Below, piece by piece: positions 62,250 to 64,000 of a DNA stretch of 64,000 nt. The notes below the pieces were generated by a model that was given only the letters and a program-made list of their open reading frames with translations, had not been told where the DNA came from and did no database searches. Both the position numbers and the translations under genes were made by a program. The stretch lies in contig OZ287075.1 of the NCBI GenBank assembly GCA_965645245.1, positions 806,001-870,000 on the forward strand, read 5' to 3'. Source of the DNA: Massalongia carnosa. Its lineage: Eukaryota. Each line of letters opens with the position of its first letter. Positions within the stretch are counted from its first letter, which is position 1.

Positions 62250-63385
62250 TCTTAAACAACGTTCGTCATGATCGAAACGGTAGAGAGAAATCCTCGGCCG
62301 TTTTGGGATATAAACACAGAGTTTAATCTACAGTCATTATCGGTATCCTTCGACGTAACGATTTTTGTTCCTGTAAATCTACCACGAAACCGTCGGGCCG
62401 CCTCGATTCCAGTATTGGAAACCGAAACGCACGTGACGTCTATAGAATCGCATTTGGAAGAATTACAAGTCAAAACGAGATATCGCCAACGAACCGCCGG
62501 GCAAACGAGACTCATCTCGTCTTTCTGCAAGGAGATAGAACGCAAGTTGCGCGGAAAAGCGGGGCAAAACAAGCTCGCCGAAACCGACCCCAGGAATGCT
62601 CAAACACGAATGGGCCAAAATTACAGTGATCAGCGCCATACCCACCGTAGCCCCAACGCCGCACCCACCCTAGATCACGCCTACGGAGCAACCTATCCTT
62701 ATAGCCAATGCAGTAAGGATGAGTCGCAGCGCTCACACGAAAGCCACAAAAGCGCATTATGAAACGAAATAGCAGACAACCTGGAAAGCATATCAAGATC
62801 GCGTACCCTTTCCTACCGAAGCACAGCGCGCTTCCTTAACCAAAGGAAGAATCAAAATACACGACAATCTGGCAAAAGCGGAAAGCGCGTTAGCTACCCA
62901 AATTCGCACGGAAAAAATAGGTCTGGCAAGTTTTCTATTTAAACGACGAGTTCCCAACGTGACGACGGCGGCCTGCAGCTGTGGTTGGCCCCAGTAAACG
63001 GCCAAAAACGTAATCCTGCACTGCCCATTCATGACGGGAAGACAAGAGCTGTTTCGGCGTATTAATACCAACGAGTATCGTACGATACTCGAAACATCCA
63101 AAACATTGAAACAGGTAACGAGATGGATTATCGAAGCTGGCGTTTTGGCGCAATTTTCTTTATCGGCAAGCTTGCTATACAAGCAATAATTTTCTTTTCA
63201 TTCAAGGGACTCAGCGAAAAAGCACACGAGCAGCACAGCTGTAGGTTGTTGGGACGTCGTACGCGCAGCGTTGGCAATGGGTTTTTATTCCTCTTAAAGG
63301 TTTTCCTTTAGTATAGTAGTCTATCCCGCATGGGCCGGCCTTCGGCCGGTGACATATCGGCGTAAGAATATATCTATCTATCTAC
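62250..63385 (+). mobile_element. Tad1-like LINE 3' part, diverged relative of family A, (TATC)n tail
   Basis: IPVLETET, QIRTEKIGLA.FL..RRVP, CSCGWP*TAKNVILHC, and the shared terminal stem-loop. Confidence 0.85.
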
Positions 63386-63452
63386 CATGAAACCGGTAAA
63401 GGAGGATAAACTAGGTGGTGTGCGTCTATGAATAAATCGTACTGATACTGGG

Positions 63453-63535
63453 TGTCACGGACAAGGTCCAGATAGGGAGATATGCAAGAGTTACTATTAG
63501 AAAGGTAGGTCTAGGGATAGTATACAAGACGTCCG
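63453..63535 (-). repeat. LTR fragment related to the Gypsy-1 LTR, interrupted by the next LTR
   Basis: TGTCACGGAC start and TATACAAGACGTC, as in the Gypsy-1 LTR. Confidence 0.45.
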
Positions 63536-64000
63536 TGTCATGAAATGCCTCCGACCTCACCACGTGCCTCTATCACGTGCCTTGATCTGATGACTACTCA
63601 CGGACGTCGTGCCATGCCTTCGGGACCCTCATATCATTCTTCGAATTCACCGATTACTGATCATTAATCAGCCTCGCATTGATGATTTATTCCCGTCTTT
63701 CGACTATTATCATGTCTAATAGCTTCGCATTGATGTTTGACATCTCCCGTCTCCTCGCTGACCCCATCGTGCTTATTGCCGCTATAATGCCCCTCATTCA
63801 TCATCGCACTGACTAGACATCATTCGCCGCCACCCTAGAAAGATGAATATGGGAGGACAAAGATATAAGAAAGAAGTCGAATCATTGAAGTTCTGATTCT
63901 TTGTCGAACGTCTTGAATAGCCAACCTAGCCTAGCCTAGATTCATAGCTATAGACTCAATCAATAAGCTTGACCATCAACCCACCTTGCCTTTGCCCTTG
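63536..64000 (+). repeat. LTR related to Gypsy-1, running off the window
   Basis: Starts TGTCATGAAAT like the Gypsy-1 LTR sense strand. TATAAG followed by GTCGAACGTCTTGAATAGC parallels GTCCGACGTCTTGTATAGC. Confidence 0.6.

Noticed and set aside
1..64000. Species assignment (for example a powdery mildew) or a centromere call; also the many short antisense ORFs in the track
   Set aside because: TE content alone does not identify taxon or chromosomal domain. The short ORFs are shadows of TE coding frames.

Overview
This is eukaryotic DNA, most likely from a filamentous ascomycete, and it consists almost entirely of nested transposable elements. I found no supportable host gene, RNA gene or CRISPR array. 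Contents: (i) two groups of Tad1-like LINEs, family A (APE-RT-CCHC, short-repeat tail) and family B (APE-RT-RNase H-CCHC, poly(A) tail, ORF1/ORF2 joined by TAATG, three subfamilies B1-B3); (ii) two full-length chromoviral Ty3/Gypsy elements with TSDs, -1 frameshift sites and apparent Tf1-type self-priming, plus solo LTRs; (iii) a MULE, a 3.5-kb Fot1/pogo element, hAT-like non-autonomous elements and a decayed Copia fragment. The most unusual structures are: a 20.7-kb block with two diverged LINE subfamilies head-to-head around a shared 474-bp leader module that recurs in a third copy; head-to-tail chains of LINE 3' ends that look like template-jump products; a 2.9-kb LTR element (tRNA-type PBS, 4-bp TSD) carrying a single ~650-codon membrane-protein-like frame in place of recognisable gag/pol; and a pogo element with passenger frame(s). 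All alignments were done by eye. Family names are local labels and no database searches were run.
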